From: Candidatus Zixiibacteriota bacterium
Lineage (GTDB): Bacteria > Zixibacteria > MSB-5A5 > GN15 > FEB-12
NCBI GenBank assembly: GCA_017999435.1
Contig: JAGNLV010000001.1
Location: 391,938 to 455,937, forward strand
DNA length: 64,000 bases
Direction of reading: 5' to 3'
Part shown: positions 44,695 to 54,141 of the stretch, one piece after another
Layout of the letters: every line of letters starts with the position of its first letter
How positions within the stretch are numbered: position 1 is the stretch's first letter
Translations under genes and position numbers: made by a program
Notes under the pieces: model-generated
What the model saw: the letters and a program-made list of their open reading frames with translations, nothing else
Database searches by the model: none
What the model was told of the DNA's origin: nothing

Positions 44695-46482
44695 TCACGC
44701 ACCCTCCTTCGCAAACTGGCTCTGCAGTTGGATGGCCTCCGTCGGGCAGACCTGCGCGCAGAGCGTGCACCCGGTGCAGAGCGTGATGTCGATCGTCGCT
44801 TTGGGCCTGCCCCTCTCGTTGAGCTGCGCGGCGGCCGCGATCGCCGGGCACGAGAGTTTGAAACAGACCCCGCACCCGTTGCACAGGTCGAGATCGACCA
44901 GGTAGGGTTCGTCCATGATTCGCTTGGGCATGAGCACGCACGGCCGCGTGGTGTGGATCACCGACGGCCCCGGCTTGTCAATCTCCTCGCGGATCACCTC
45001 CTGCATCTGCTCATAGTCGTAGGCGTCGGCCTCGCGGTAGTTCTTGACCCCGAGGGCTCTCACCAGTTGGCCGATGTTGATTTCGTGGGCCGGCTCGCCC
45101 ATGAGCGTGCGGCCCGTCCCCGGGTGCATCTGCCCTCCCGTCATCGCCGTCGCCCGGTTGTCCAGAATGATCACCGTCACGTTGCTGTGGTTGTAGACCG
45201 CATCCATCAGCCCGGTCACGCCCGAATGGAGGAAGGTGGAATCTCCGATGACCGCGACCGTTCCCTTGCCGAATCCCTGCACCTTCTCCATCCCGATCGC
45301 ATTGCCGATCGAGGCGCCCATGCAGATGCAGGTGTCGAGCGCCTTGAGCGGCTGGAGCGCCCCGAGGGTGTAGCAGCCGATGTCCCCGGTGACCGCGACT
45401 CCGAGTTTGCGCAGGGCCATGAACGCCCCGCGGTGCGGACAGCCGGGGCAGAGCACCGGCGGCCGCGGAAACATGTCGGCTGCCGGCGGGATCTCCGCCG
45501 CCCGCGGCTGTTCGATCACCCCCGCCTTGAACAGCCCCTCCGCCACCCGGTGCGGCGAGAGCTCCCCCTGCACCCCGAAATACTCCTTCCCCTTCACCGC
45601 GATCCCGGCCGCCCGAATCTGCTCTTCGTAGAACGGCTCGAGTTCCTCGATCACGATCGCCTGCTCGTGGGCGCGCACGAACGCGGCGATCTTCTCCAGC
45701 GGCAGGGGGTAACTCATCCCCAGCTTGAAGTAGTCGGCCTCCGGCATGACCTCCTTGGCGTACTGGTAGGAGACCCCGCCGGTGATGATCCCCACCCGCG
45801 ATCCGTTCTCCTCGACCGTGTTCATGGGCGTCTCTTCCGAGAACCTCCGGAGCCGGGCCAGCCGCTCGGCCACCGCCACGTGCCGTTTCTTCGCGTTGGC
45901 CGGGATCATGACGTACTTGGAGGGTTCCTTGACGAATTTCTTGTCCGGTCCCTTGACCGCCTCGCTCAGCTCGACGATCCCCTTGCTGTGGGAAATCCGG
46001 GTGGTCACCCGCAGGAGCACCGGCGTGTCGAAGACTTCCGACAACTCCAGCGCCGTTACCGTCATGTCCTTGGCTTCCTGCGAATCGGACGGTTCCAGCA
46101 TGGGCACCTGGGCGAACTTGGCGAAGTGCCGGTTGTCCTGCTCGTTCTGCGACGAGTGCATCTCGGGATCATCGGCCGACACGATCACGAACCCGGCGTT
46201 GACCCCGGTGTAGGCGTGGGTCATGAACGGGTCGGCGGCCACGTTCAGCCCGACGTGCTTCATCGCCACCAGCGTGCGCGCGCCGCCCAGCGAGGCCCCG
46301 ATCCCCACCTCGTAGGCCACCTTCTCGTTCGGCGACCACTGGGAGTAGATCGAGGGATACCGCTCGGCGAGCGTTTCCAGAATCTCGGTCGAGGGGGTGC
46401 CGGGATAGGCGGCCGCCAGCCGGACTCCCGCCTCGAACGCCCCCCGGGCTACCGCTTCATTGCCGGATAGTAATTCTCTCAT
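44695..46482 (-). CDS. iorA: Indolepyruvate:ferredoxin oxidoreductase alpha subunit
   Basis: Starts LSGNEAVARGAFEAGVRLAAAYPGTPSTEI. Has a TPP-binding GDSTFLHSG motif and two C-terminal 4Fe-4S motifs (CNGCGVCFKLSCP, CTGCTLCAQVCP). Confidence 0.9.
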   Translation of the reverse strand: MRELLSGNEAVARGAFEAGVRLAAAYPGTPSTEILETLAERYPSIYSQWSPNEKVAYEVGIGASLGGARTLVAMKHVGLNVAADPFMTHAYTGVNAGFVIVSADDPEMHSSQNEQDNRHFAKFAQVPMLEPSDSQEAKDMTVTALELSEVFDTPVLLRVTTRISHSKGIVELSEAVKGPDKKFVKEPSKYVMIPANAKKRHVAVAERLARLRRFSEETPMNTVEENGSRVGIITGGVSYQYAKEVMPEADYFKLGMSYPLPLEKIAAFVRAHEQAIVIEELEPFYEEQIRAAGIAVKGKEYFGVQGELSPHRVAEGLFKAGVIEQPRAAEIPPAADMFPRPPVLCPGCPHRGAFMALRKLGVAVTGDIGCYTLGALQPLKALDTCICMGASIGNAIGMEKVQGFGKGTVAVIGDSTFLHSGVTGLMDAVYNHSNVTVIILDNRATAMTGGQMHPGTGRTLMGEPAHEINIGQLVRALGVKNYREADAYDYEQMQEVIREEIDKPGPSVIHTTRPCVLMPKRIMDEPYLVDLDLCNGCGVCFKLSCPAIAAAAQLNERGRPKATIDITLCTGCTLCAQVCPTEAIQLQSQFAKEGA

Positions 46483-46575
46483 AGATAAAACCGCTCATCG
46501 TGGTAGATTCATCTGTCTTCATCGCCGCCGCCCCGGGCCGCGGGCCGGCGCCGCGTAAGTATCGTCTTGCGCACC

Positions 46576-46591
46576 TGTGAAATCTTTCACA
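46576..46591. promoter_or_regulatory. CRP/FNR-type palindrome upstream of iorA
   Basis: Exact TGTGA-N6-TCACA (TGTGAAATCTTTCACA). It lies ~95-110 nt upstream of the iorA start, in the divergent intergenic region. Confidence 0.45.
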
Positions 46592-46694
46592 TCATAACTG
46601 CTGGGACCGGGAGCCGCAAGCGCTTTTCGCCCACCTTCCCCGACCGCGCGCGGCCCGGCCCGGCGCATCCGCAACCCGAAGCGCGGGAGCCTGT

Positions 46695-47120
46695 ATGACT
46701 GTGCTTGCTTATGCCGTTGTGACTGCGGTATTCTTGTTGATGCCCGTGGAGAAATCGGAACCGCCCAAGGCGGCCCCCTTCGTGGGACGATACGTCGGCG
46801 CCTCCGCTTTCACGCCGGCCGACCCGGCCGACTCCGCTTACGCTGAAACTGTCGACGTCTGGTTCATCTTCGACGCCAAGGCGTATGTCTATGGCGAGGG
46901 GGACACGATTCCCGAGGATGAGGCCGGCGACGGCGGCGGACCGTACCGGTGGACCGATTCCACCGTCACACTCGAGGGAGCCTACCCGAAAATCCTCCGC
47001 CCCGCGATCGTGCTCCGCGGCGCATTCACCTGGCGCGTGACCGGCGACACGCTCTTTCTCTCCCAGCCGTCCGCCGCGGGCGCCGCAGCCGGGTACCGCC
47101 TCCGCCTGGTCCGGCAGTGA
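46695..47120 (+). CDS. Small membrane-anchored or exported hypothetical protein
   Basis: N-terminal hydrophobic helix followed by a soluble ~115 aa domain. No family recognised. Confidence 0.4.
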   Translation: MTVLAYAVVTAVFLLMPVEKSEPPKAAPFVGRYVGASAFTPADPADSAYAETVDVWFIFDAKAYVYGEGDTIPEDEAGDGGGPYRWTDSTVTLEGAYPKILRPAIVLRGAFTWRVTGDTLFLSQPSAAGAAAGYRLRLVRQ

Positions 47121-47148
47121 GGGGCCACCGGCGCACCGGCGTTCCGCC

Positions 47149-47799
47149 CTATCCCACCACCGCCCGAACCGCCAGCGCGATCAGAATGACGCCGCCGATC
47201 ACGCCGGCGATCCGCCCCAGCTTCATCCCGACGGCGTGACCGAAAGCCAGCCCGAGAACGGTCATCCCGGCGGCGACCACCCCGATCACCATCGATGGAT
47301 ACAAGATCGCCACCCCGACCAGCGCCAGCGATAACCCGGCCGCCAGGGCATCAATCGACGTGGCGACCATTAATACGAGCAGGCTGGCGCCGCGGGTTGG
47401 ATCCCCCTTCCACTTGCGGACTTCCGGATTCGCCTGCTCCCAGATCAGGCGGGCTCCGATTGCAAACAGCACAGCCGCGGCCAGCCAGCGGCCGAAACTC
47501 CCCACCCAACCCGTGAGGTAACTTCCTGCCATCCAACCGACTATCGGCATCCCGAACTGCATGAACCCGAAATGCCAGGAGAGCCGGAAAATCGTCCACC
47601 GGTCAATCGCTCCGGCTGTGACTCCCACCGCGATAGCCACGCCAAAAGCATCGAGCGCCAGGGCGAACGCAAGGGCGACGACGTTGATTAAGTCGATGTC
47701 TTGTCTACCTTTCCATCGGGTTCTCCGACCCCTATAGGTAGCGTATTCCGTTGTCCGCCGCAAGCTTTTGTGAAACCGGAATTTCTTGCTTTTTTTCAC
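47149..47799 (-). CDS. mntP: Manganese efflux pump MntP (DUF204 duplication)
   Basis: Two DUF204-like halves (LALDAFGVAIAVG and ATSIDALAAGLSLAL). The N-terminal ~30 aa of the ORF are basic and may not be translated, but I found no better start. Confidence 0.7.
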   Translation of the reverse strand: MKKSKKFRFHKSLRRTTEYATYRGRRTRWKGRQDIDLINVVALAFALALDAFGVAIAVGVTAGAIDRWTIFRLSWHFGFMQFGMPIVGWMAGSYLTGWVGSFGRWLAAAVLFAIGARLIWEQANPEVRKWKGDPTRGASLLVLMVATSIDALAAGLSLALVGVAILYPSMVIGVVAAGMTVLGLAFGHAVGMKLGRIAGVIGGVILIALAVRAVVG

Positions 47800-47853
47800 C
47801 GGTCTTGACCTCCATCAAGGGAACCCGCCGAGAAATTTGCAGTTATTGGACGT

Positions 47854-47881
47854 AAAATGTTTACATTTGCGTAAACTTTTT
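47854..47881. promoter_or_regulatory. Imperfect 28-bp palindrome overlapping the suf promoter -35 (candidate Rrf2 operator)
   Basis: AAAAtGTTTAC-ATTTGC-GTAAACtTTTT. The core GTTTAC/GTAAAC pairing is perfect. Confidence 0.4.
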
Positions 47882-47888
47882 GTATAAT
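47860..47888 (+). promoter_or_regulatory. Sigma70-type promoter of the Rrf2-suf operon
   Basis: TTTACA-N17-TATAAT with an extended -10 (TGTATAAT), ~55 nt upstream of the ATG at 47943. Confidence 0.6.
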
Positions 47889-47942
47889 GGATCCAAGAGC
47901 TAAATATTGCCCGGTGTCAATCAGATTCCGAGAGGCCTGTTG

Positions 47943-48494
47943 ATGAGAATATCCTCGCTCGAAGAGTATGGACTGCGCTGCCTGCTGGCGTTGGCCCGCC
48001 GAGGGGCGGATGGCCAGTTGTCGATCAGCGAGATCGCCGACCTGGAAGGCCTCTCGGTCCCGTATGCCTCCAAGCTTTTGGCGATACTGCGCAAAGCCGG
48101 ACTGGTGACCGCCGTGCGCGGCCGCAGCGGCGGCTTCTGTCTCGGCCGGGAGCCGGAACGCATCACCCTCCTTCAGGTCATGACCGCCCTGGGCGGCCCG
48201 ATCATCGACCCCGACCACTGCGCCCGCTTCAGCGGCCGGCGGGAGGTGTGCGTGCATCAGGACGACTGCAGCGTCCACCACGTGCTCGACACGCTCGCCG
48301 CCTACATCGCGGACATTCTCGGGCGGACGACGCTGCAGGATCTGGTGGCGCGCAGCGCCGGGCGTCCGGCGGGACCGGGGCTCATCGGGGCCGAGCAACT
48401 GCTCGGCGGCGCGGCCGCCACTACCGATATCACCCCCCGCCCCGCCGAGATCGACGGGCTGGCCCGTGACACACAGAGTCAACAATCACTCTAG
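47943..48494 (+). CDS. Rrf2-family transcriptional regulator (IscR/SufR-like, Fe-S ligating)
   Basis: N-terminal wHTH MRISSLEEYGLRCLLALAR...SISEIADLEGLSVPYASKLLAILRKAGLV. Has Cys-X9-Cys-X5-Cys followed by His. Sits first in the suf operon. Confidence 0.85.
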   Translation: MRISSLEEYGLRCLLALARRGADGQLSISEIADLEGLSVPYASKLLAILRKAGLVTAVRGRSGGFCLGREPERITLLQVMTALGGPIIDPDHCARFSGRREVCVHQDDCSVHHVLDTLAAYIADILGRTTLQDLVARSAGRPAGPGLIGAEQLLGGAAATTDITPRPAEIDGLARDTQSQQSL

Positions 48495-48512
48495 GATGAA
48501 GGAAGACCCATC

Positions 48513-49283
48513 ATGTCTGACCATACACCGCTGTTCTCTTTCAAAGATGTCCACGTCGAAGTCGATGGCAAGGAGGTTGTCCGCGGCGTCTCCCTGACCG
48601 TCCGCCCCGGCGAAGTCCACGCCATCATGGGCCCCAACGGTTCGGGGAAATCGTCGCTCTCCCTGGCCCTGATGGGCCACCCGTCGTACCGCATCACCGC
48701 GGGCGAAGCCTGGCTCGAGGGGCGGAACCTCCTGGAGATGGAAGCCGACGAGCGTTCGCGCGCCGGTCTCTTCCTCGCCTTCCAGTACCCCCTGGCCATC
48801 CCCGGCGTCACGGTCGCCAACTTCATGCGCGCCGCCGTGCAGGCCCACCGGGGCAAGGGAGCCGACATGTCCGACTTCCGGAAAGTTTTCCTCGCCCACA
48901 TGGCCGAGCTCGGCATCGACCGCCAGTTTGCCGCCCGCTACCTCAACGACGGTTTCTCCGGGGGCGAGAAGAAGCGCATCGAGATCCTCCAGATGACCAT
49001 GCTCAAGCCCGCGATGGCGCTGCTGGACGAGACCGACTCCGGTCTCGACATCGACGCTCTCAAGATGGTGGCCGAAGGCATCAACCGTTTCCACACCGAG
49101 AGAAACGGCGTGCTCCTGGTGACCCACTACCAGCGCCTCCTGAACTACGTCAAGCCGGACTACGTGCACGTCATGTCGCGCGGCCGGCTCGTCAAATCCG
49201 GCGGTCCCGACCTCGCCCTGGAGCTCGAGGCCAAAGGCTACGACTGGTTGGTCGGCCCGTCGGCCGCTGTCGCGGAGGTGTGA
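48513..49283 (+). CDS. sufC: Fe-S cluster assembly ATPase SufC
   Basis: Walker A GPNGSGKSS, ABC signature FSGGEKKR, and the expected position before sufB. Confidence 0.93.
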   Translation: MSDHTPLFSFKDVHVEVDGKEVVRGVSLTVRPGEVHAIMGPNGSGKSSLSLALMGHPSYRITAGEAWLEGRNLLEMEADERSRAGLFLAFQYPLAIPGVTVANFMRAAVQAHRGKGADMSDFRKVFLAHMAELGIDRQFAARYLNDGFSGGEKKRIEILQMTMLKPAMALLDETDSGLDIDALKMVAEGINRFHTERNGVLLVTHYQRLLNYVKPDYVHVMSRGRLVKSGGPDLALELEAKGYDWLVGPSAAVAEV

Positions 49284-49286
49284 CCC

Positions 49287-50723
49287 ATGGCGGAAACGGC
49301 AAAACAGAATCAGAACGCCGGCCTGGCCGCGCTCAACGAGGACTACGCCGCCAAGTACGGCTTCCGCGACCCGGTCGACTATTTCCACAAAGGGGCCCGC
49401 GGCATCAACCATGAGGTCGTCGAGATGATCTCCCGCATGAAGGGGGAACCCCGCTGGATGGCCGACCGCCGCCACGAGGCGCTCGACATTTTCCTGGCCA
49501 AGCCAATGCCCCGGTGGGGGAACACCGCCCTGCTCAACGAAATCGACTTCGCCAACATCTTCTACTTCATGAAGCCGATCGAGAAGAAGGGCGAGACCTG
49601 GGACGACGTCCCCGAATACATCAAGAAAACCTTCGACCGCCTCGGCATTCCCGAAGCCGAGAAGAAGTTCCTCGGCGGCGTCTCGGCCCAATACGAATCG
49701 GAGGTCGTCTACCACTCGATGAAGAAGGACCTGATCGACCAGGGCATCATCTTCCTCGACATGGACTCGGGCCTGCGCGAGCACGAGGCCGTTGTGCGGC
49801 AGTATTTCGGCTCCGTCATCCCCTCCCACGACAACAAGTTCGCCGCCCTCAACACCGCCGTCTGGTCGGGCGGCTCGTTCATCTACGTGCCGCCGGGCGT
49901 CGACGTGAAAATCCCCCTCCAGGCCTACTTCCGCATCAACGCCGAGAACATGGGCCAGTTCGAGCGCACCCTCATCATCGCCGACAAAGGCTCGCGCGTC
50001 CACTACATCGAGGGCTGCACCGCGCCCGTCTACTCGACCGACTCGCTCCACTCCGCGGTCGTCGAACTGATCGCCCTCGAGGGCGCCTACATCCGCTATA
50101 CGACCATCCAGAACTGGGCCCGCAACATCTACAATCTCGTGACCAAACGGGCGACCGCCCACGCCCGTGCCACGGTCGAGTGGGTCGACGGCAACATCGG
50201 CTCGCGCCTGACCATGAAGTACCCGTGCATCCAGCTCGTGGGCGAAGGCGCGCGGGGAGAAATCCTCTCGGTTGCTTTCGCCGGCATCGACCAGCACCAG
50301 GACGCCGGGGCGAAAGTGATCCACGCGGCGCCCCATACCTCGTCGCGCATCACCTCGAAGTCGGTCTCGAAAGACAACGGCCGGGCTTCCTACCGCGGCC
50401 TGGTCAAGATTCACAAGAACGCCGCCCACGCCAAGGTGTCGGTCGAGTGCGACGCCCTCCTCATCGGCGCGCAGGCCCGCTCGGACACCTACCCGACCAT
50501 GGAAATCGACCACGACCAGGTGCGCGTCGAACACGAAGCCCGCGTCTCCAAGGTCGCCGAGGAGCAGCTCTTCTACCTCACCAGCCGGGGTCTGACGGAG
50601 GACGAGGCCCGACTGCTGATCGTCAATGGCTTCATGGAACCGTTCACCAAGGAGCTGCCGATGGAGTACGCGGTGGAGCTGAACCGCCTGATTGAACTCG
50701 AGATGGAAGGCTCGATTGGATAG
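49287..50723 (+). CDS. sufB: Fe-S cluster assembly scaffold SufB
   Basis: 478 aa. Carries conserved SufB blocks ([42 protein letters not shown]). Confidence 0.93.
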   Translation: MAETAKQNQNAGLAALNEDYAAKYGFRDPVDYFHKGARGINHEVVEMISRMKGEPRWMADRRHEALDIFLAKPMPRWGNTALLNEIDFANIFYFMKPIEKKGETWDDVPEYIKKTFDRLGIPEAEKKFLGGVSAQYESEVVYHSMKKDLIDQGIIFLDMDSGLREHEAVVRQYFGSVIPSHDNKFAALNTAVWSGGSFIYVPPGVDVKIPLQAYFRINAENMGQFERTLIIADKGSRVHYIEGCTAPVYSTDSLHSAVVELIALEGAYIRYTTIQNWARNIYNLVTKRATAHARATVEWVDGNIGSRLTMKYPCIQLVGEGARGEILSVAFAGIDQHQDAGAKVIHAAPHTSSRITSKSVSKDNGRASYRGLVKIHKNAAHAKVSVECDALLIGAQARSDTYPTMEIDHDQVRVEHEARVSKVAEEQLFYLTSRGLTEDEARLLIVNGFMEPFTKELPMEYAVELNRLIELEMEGSIG

Positions 50724-50725
50724 CC

Positions 50726-52060
50726 ATGAGCACGACACCCACTCTTGACACTGCCGGCGCCGAGCACGCCATCCCGGATTTCGCCCCCGGCCTGGCCCGC
50801 GGGCCCCGGTGGCTGCGCGACGCCCGCCGGAGCGCGGCCCAGATTTTCAACGCCGCGCCGTTCCCGCGCCGCGGTCTGCACCTCTGGCGGTACACCGACC
50901 CCGCCGCCTTTCTCGCCCCGCACGGGTCGGCCGCCGACCACCCGCCGGTCGAGGACCGCGACGCCATCATCGGACTGGAGAAGCAGCACGTCGACAGCGG
51001 CGCGCTCGCCGCACTCGCCGTCGACTACGCCGGCCGCGAAATATCCACGTACGGCGCCGACCGGCTCGCCCGCCGCGGCGTCGTCATCCAACCCCTCTCC
51101 CTCGCCGTCGACCAGCACGGCGACCTGGTCGAACAGCACCTCTACCGTCTCGTCGGTCCCGACCTGGGCAAGTTCGAGGCCCTCAACGCCGCCCTCTGGA
51201 ATGACGGCATCTTCGTCTATGTCCCCGAGGGCGAGACGATCGATCGGCCCATCCACCTCTTCCGCGAGGGCGGCGACCGCTCCTCCGTCTACTTTCCGCG
51301 CCTGCTCGTCATTGTCGGCCGCAACGCCGAGATAACTCTGATCGACGAGTACGCCGGCGGCTCGGAGGACGTTTCCGGGGGCGTGACCCACGTCAACGGC
51401 GCCGTGGAGATCTCCGCCGGCGACGACAGCCGCGTCCGCTATGTGAGCGTGCAGCGCCACGGGGCGGGCGTGAACATGTACCTGACGCACCGGGCCGAGA
51501 TCGGGCGGGACGCCCGCGTCCTCACCGTCCCCCTCGCCATTGGCGGCAACATCACGAAACAGAACTTCGGCGTTCTGCTGGCCGGCCGGGGAGCCGACAG
51601 CCGCCTCCGCGGCATGCTTTTCGGCTCGGGCGGGCAGCACTTTGACAACCACACGCTCCACGCCCACGGCGCCGGCAACTCCACTTCGACCATCGATTTC
51701 AAAACCGTGCTCCGCGACCGGGCCGTCTCCGCCTACACCGGGCTCATCCGCATCGAGCAGCACGCCAAAACCTGCGAGGCCTACCAGGAGAACCGCAACC
51801 TGCTGCTCAACCGGGGGCCGAAAGCCGAGACCATTCCCGAACTGGAGATTCTCAACGAGGACGTCAAGTGCACTCACGGCGCCACCATCGGCCCGATCGA
51901 CCCCGAGTCGGTGTTCTACCTCGCCTCGCGCGGGATCCCGCGCGACGTCGCGGTGCGCATGATCGTCTCCGCCTTCGTCGAACCGACGCTCCGGCAGATC
52001 CCCGATGACCTGCGCGGCCGCCTGGCGGAGTTCATCGAGCGCCGTCTGGAGGGCCTATAG
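50726..52060 (+). CDS. sufD: Fe-S cluster assembly protein SufD
   Basis: SufB-paralogous C-terminal beta-helix region (HAHGAGNSTSTIDFKTVL...CTHGATIGPID). Sits in the sufCBD position. Confidence 0.88.
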   Translation: MSTTPTLDTAGAEHAIPDFAPGLARGPRWLRDARRSAAQIFNAAPFPRRGLHLWRYTDPAAFLAPHGSAADHPPVEDRDAIIGLEKQHVDSGALAALAVDYAGREISTYGADRLARRGVVIQPLSLAVDQHGDLVEQHLYRLVGPDLGKFEALNAALWNDGIFVYVPEGETIDRPIHLFREGGDRSSVYFPRLLVIVGRNAEITLIDEYAGGSEDVSGGVTHVNGAVEISAGDDSRVRYVSVQRHGAGVNMYLTHRAEIGRDARVLTVPLAIGGNITKQNFGVLLAGRGADSRLRGMLFGSGGQHFDNHTLHAHGAGNSTSTIDFKTVLRDRAVSAYTGLIRIEQHAKTCEAYQENRNLLLNRGPKAETIPELEILNEDVKCTHGATIGPIDPESVFYLASRGIPRDVAVRMIVSAFVEPTLRQIPDDLRGRLAEFIERRLEGL

Positions 52061-52063
52061 ATC

Positions 52064-52375
52064 ATGGCGCCGTATCACAAAATCGCGGCCGTCGCCGACA
52101 TCCCGCCCGGCACGATGAAGGCGTACCGGGTGGGCTACGCCGACGTCCTGGTCTGCAACGTGGGCGGGCGTATCTATGCCGTAGCCAACGAATGCACGCA
52201 CGACGGCGCCCCGATCTCCACCGGCCGCCTCTTCAAGGAGCAGGTCGTCTGCCCGCGCCACGGCGCACGCTTCAACGTCGCCACCGGCGCCGTCGAGGCC
52301 CCGCCCGCGATCCTGCCGCTGGACACCTATGAAGTCAAAGTGGAAGGTGAGGACATCTACGTCGCCGTCGAGTGA
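52064..52375 (+). CDS. Rieske [2Fe-2S] ferredoxin-like protein
   Basis: CTHDGAPIS ... CPRHGARF (CxH...CxxH), 103 aa. Confidence 0.8.
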   Translation: MAPYHKIAAVADIPPGTMKAYRVGYADVLVCNVGGRIYAVANECTHDGAPISTGRLFKEQVVCPRHGARFNVATGAVEAPPAILPLDTYEVKVEGEDIYVAVE

Positions 52376-52381
52376 ACGGCC

Positions 52382-53668
52382 GTGATGGGAGGTCAACCGA
52401 TGAAACCACATGCCGCCGCCCCCTCTGCCGCGCCGCTGACGGCGCTCGATATCGAGCGCCTGCGGGCCGACTTTCCCATCCTGCACACAACGGTGCGCGG
52501 CCGCCGCCTCGTCTATCTCGACAACGCCGCCACCACCCAGAAACCGAATGCGGTGATCGAGGCCGAAAGCGACTACTACCGTACCTCCAACGCCAACATC
52601 CATCGCGGCCTGCACCACCTCTCCGAGCGGTCGACCGAGCTGTACGAGCGCACCCGCCAGCACACCGCGCGCTTCATCGGCGGCGTCGACCCGCAGGAGA
52701 TCATTTTCACCCGCGGGACCACCGAATCGATCAATCTCGTCGCCTACACGTGGGGGGAGGAGAACCTCCGCGAGGGAGATGAAATCGTCATCACCCAGAT
52801 GGAGCACCACGCCAACCTCGTCCCCTGGGTGGAGCTCGCGCGCCGGAAACGCGCTGTCCTCAGGCAGATTCCGATTCAGCCCAACGGTACGCTCGACCTG
52901 GCGTCGCTCGACCGGCTCATCACCCCGCGCACCCGGCTGACGGCGGTCTGCCACATGAGCAATGTGCTGGGCACGATCAACCCGGTGAGCGCGATCGCCG
53001 CCGCCGCCAAGCGTTACGGCGCGGTGGTGCTGGCCGACGGCGCCCAGGCCGCTCCGCACCTCCCCGTCCGCATCGGCGAGCTCGGGGTGGACTTCTATGC
53101 CTTCTCCGCCCACAAAATGCTCGGCCCCACCGGCGTCGGCGTCCTGTGGGGACGGCGCGCGCTGCTGGAAGCCATGCCGCCCTTCATCACCGGGGGCGAG
53201 ATGATCCGCGAGGTCAGTCTCGACCGCGTCACCTGGGCCGATCTGCCGAACAAGTTCGAGGGCGGCACGCCCAACATCGCCGGCGTCATCGCTTTCGACG
53301 CCGCGCTGAGCTACCTCGAGGCCCTCGGCATGGACCGCGTGCGCCGCCACGAGGAGGACCTGACCCGCTACGCCCTTGACCGGCTGCAGACGCTGGCCGG
53401 CCTGGAAATCCAGGGGCCGACCGATCCCGCCCGGCGCGGCGGCGCCATCTCGTTCACCGACCCCGACCTCCATCCCCACGACATCAGCACCTTCCTCGAC
53501 TCCCGCGGCATCGCCATCCGCGCCGGCCACCACTGCGCCCAGCCCCTCATGCGCCTCCTCGGCAAAATCGCCACCGCCCGCGCGTCCTTTTACATCTACA
53601 ACGACGAAGCCGACGTCGATGCCCTCGTCGACGCCCTCCTTGAGATGCGGAGGTATTTCGGGTTATGA
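52382..53668 (+). CDS. sufS: Cysteine desulfurase SufS (class II)
   Basis: Carries LDNAATTQKP, the PLP-Lys region FSAHKMLGPTGVG, and the catalytic Cys loop RAGHHCAQP. Confidence 0.92.
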   Translation: MMGGQPMKPHAAAPSAAPLTALDIERLRADFPILHTTVRGRRLVYLDNAATTQKPNAVIEAESDYYRTSNANIHRGLHHLSERSTELYERTRQHTARFIGGVDPQEIIFTRGTTESINLVAYTWGEENLREGDEIVITQMEHHANLVPWVELARRKRAVLRQIPIQPNGTLDLASLDRLITPRTRLTAVCHMSNVLGTINPVSAIAAAAKRYGAVVLADGAQAAPHLPVRIGELGVDFYAFSAHKMLGPTGVGVLWGRRALLEAMPPFITGGEMIREVSLDRVTWADLPNKFEGGTPNIAGVIAFDAALSYLEALGMDRVRRHEEDLTRYALDRLQTLAGLEIQGPTDPARRGGAISFTDPDLHPHDISTFLDSRGIAIRAGHHCAQPLMRLLGKIATARASFYIYNDEADVDALVDALLEMRRYFGL

Positions 53669-54141
53669 CCAATCTCGATGACATGTATCGGGAGGTGATC
53701 CTCGACCACTTCCGCTCTCCCCGCGGAAAGAAACCGATCACCCAGCCGGACGTCGCCTCCCACGGCCACAACCCGGCCTGCGGCGACGAACTGTCGCTCG
53801 CCCTGGAGATGGCCGACGACACCGTGAAGAGCGTCCACGTCGACTGCAAGGGCTGCGCCATCTCCACCGCCTCCGGCTCCATTCTCGCCGAGGTCATCAA
53901 GGGCCGGTCGCTCGAGGAGGCCAAGCGTATCGCCGGCATCGTGCGCAAAATGCTCAAGGGGGAGGAGACGGAAATCCCCGACGATCTCGGCGACGTCGAG
54001 GCCCTCCGGGGCGTCTGCAACTTCCCGGTCCGCGTCAAGTGCGCGCTCCTGGCCTGGGTCACTCTCATCGAGGGCCTGAGGCAGTATGAACAGGGCCGCC
54101 CGGCCGACCCGCCGAGCGTCTCGACGGAGGAGTCCGAGTGA
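53665..54141 (+). CDS. sufU: SufU/IscU-like sulfur-transfer scaffold
   Basis: Carries NPACGDELSL, GCAISTASGS and VRVKCALLAW motifs. Its start overlaps the sufS stop. Confidence 0.85.
   Translation: MTNLDDMYREVILDHFRSPRGKKPITQPDVASHGHNPACGDELSLALEMADDTVKSVHVDCKGCAISTASGSILAEVIKGRSLEEAKRIAGIVRKMLKGEETEIPDDLGDVEALRGVCNFPVRVKCALLAWVTLIEGLRQYEQGRPADPPSVSTEESE

Noticed and set aside
47890-47920. Second promoter toward mntP, formed by TTGACA (minus strand, 47915-47920) and a nearby ATATTTAG.
   Set aside because: The spacing between the two elements is only ~7 nt, which is incompatible with a -35/-10 pair. No acceptable -10 lies at 16-18 nt.
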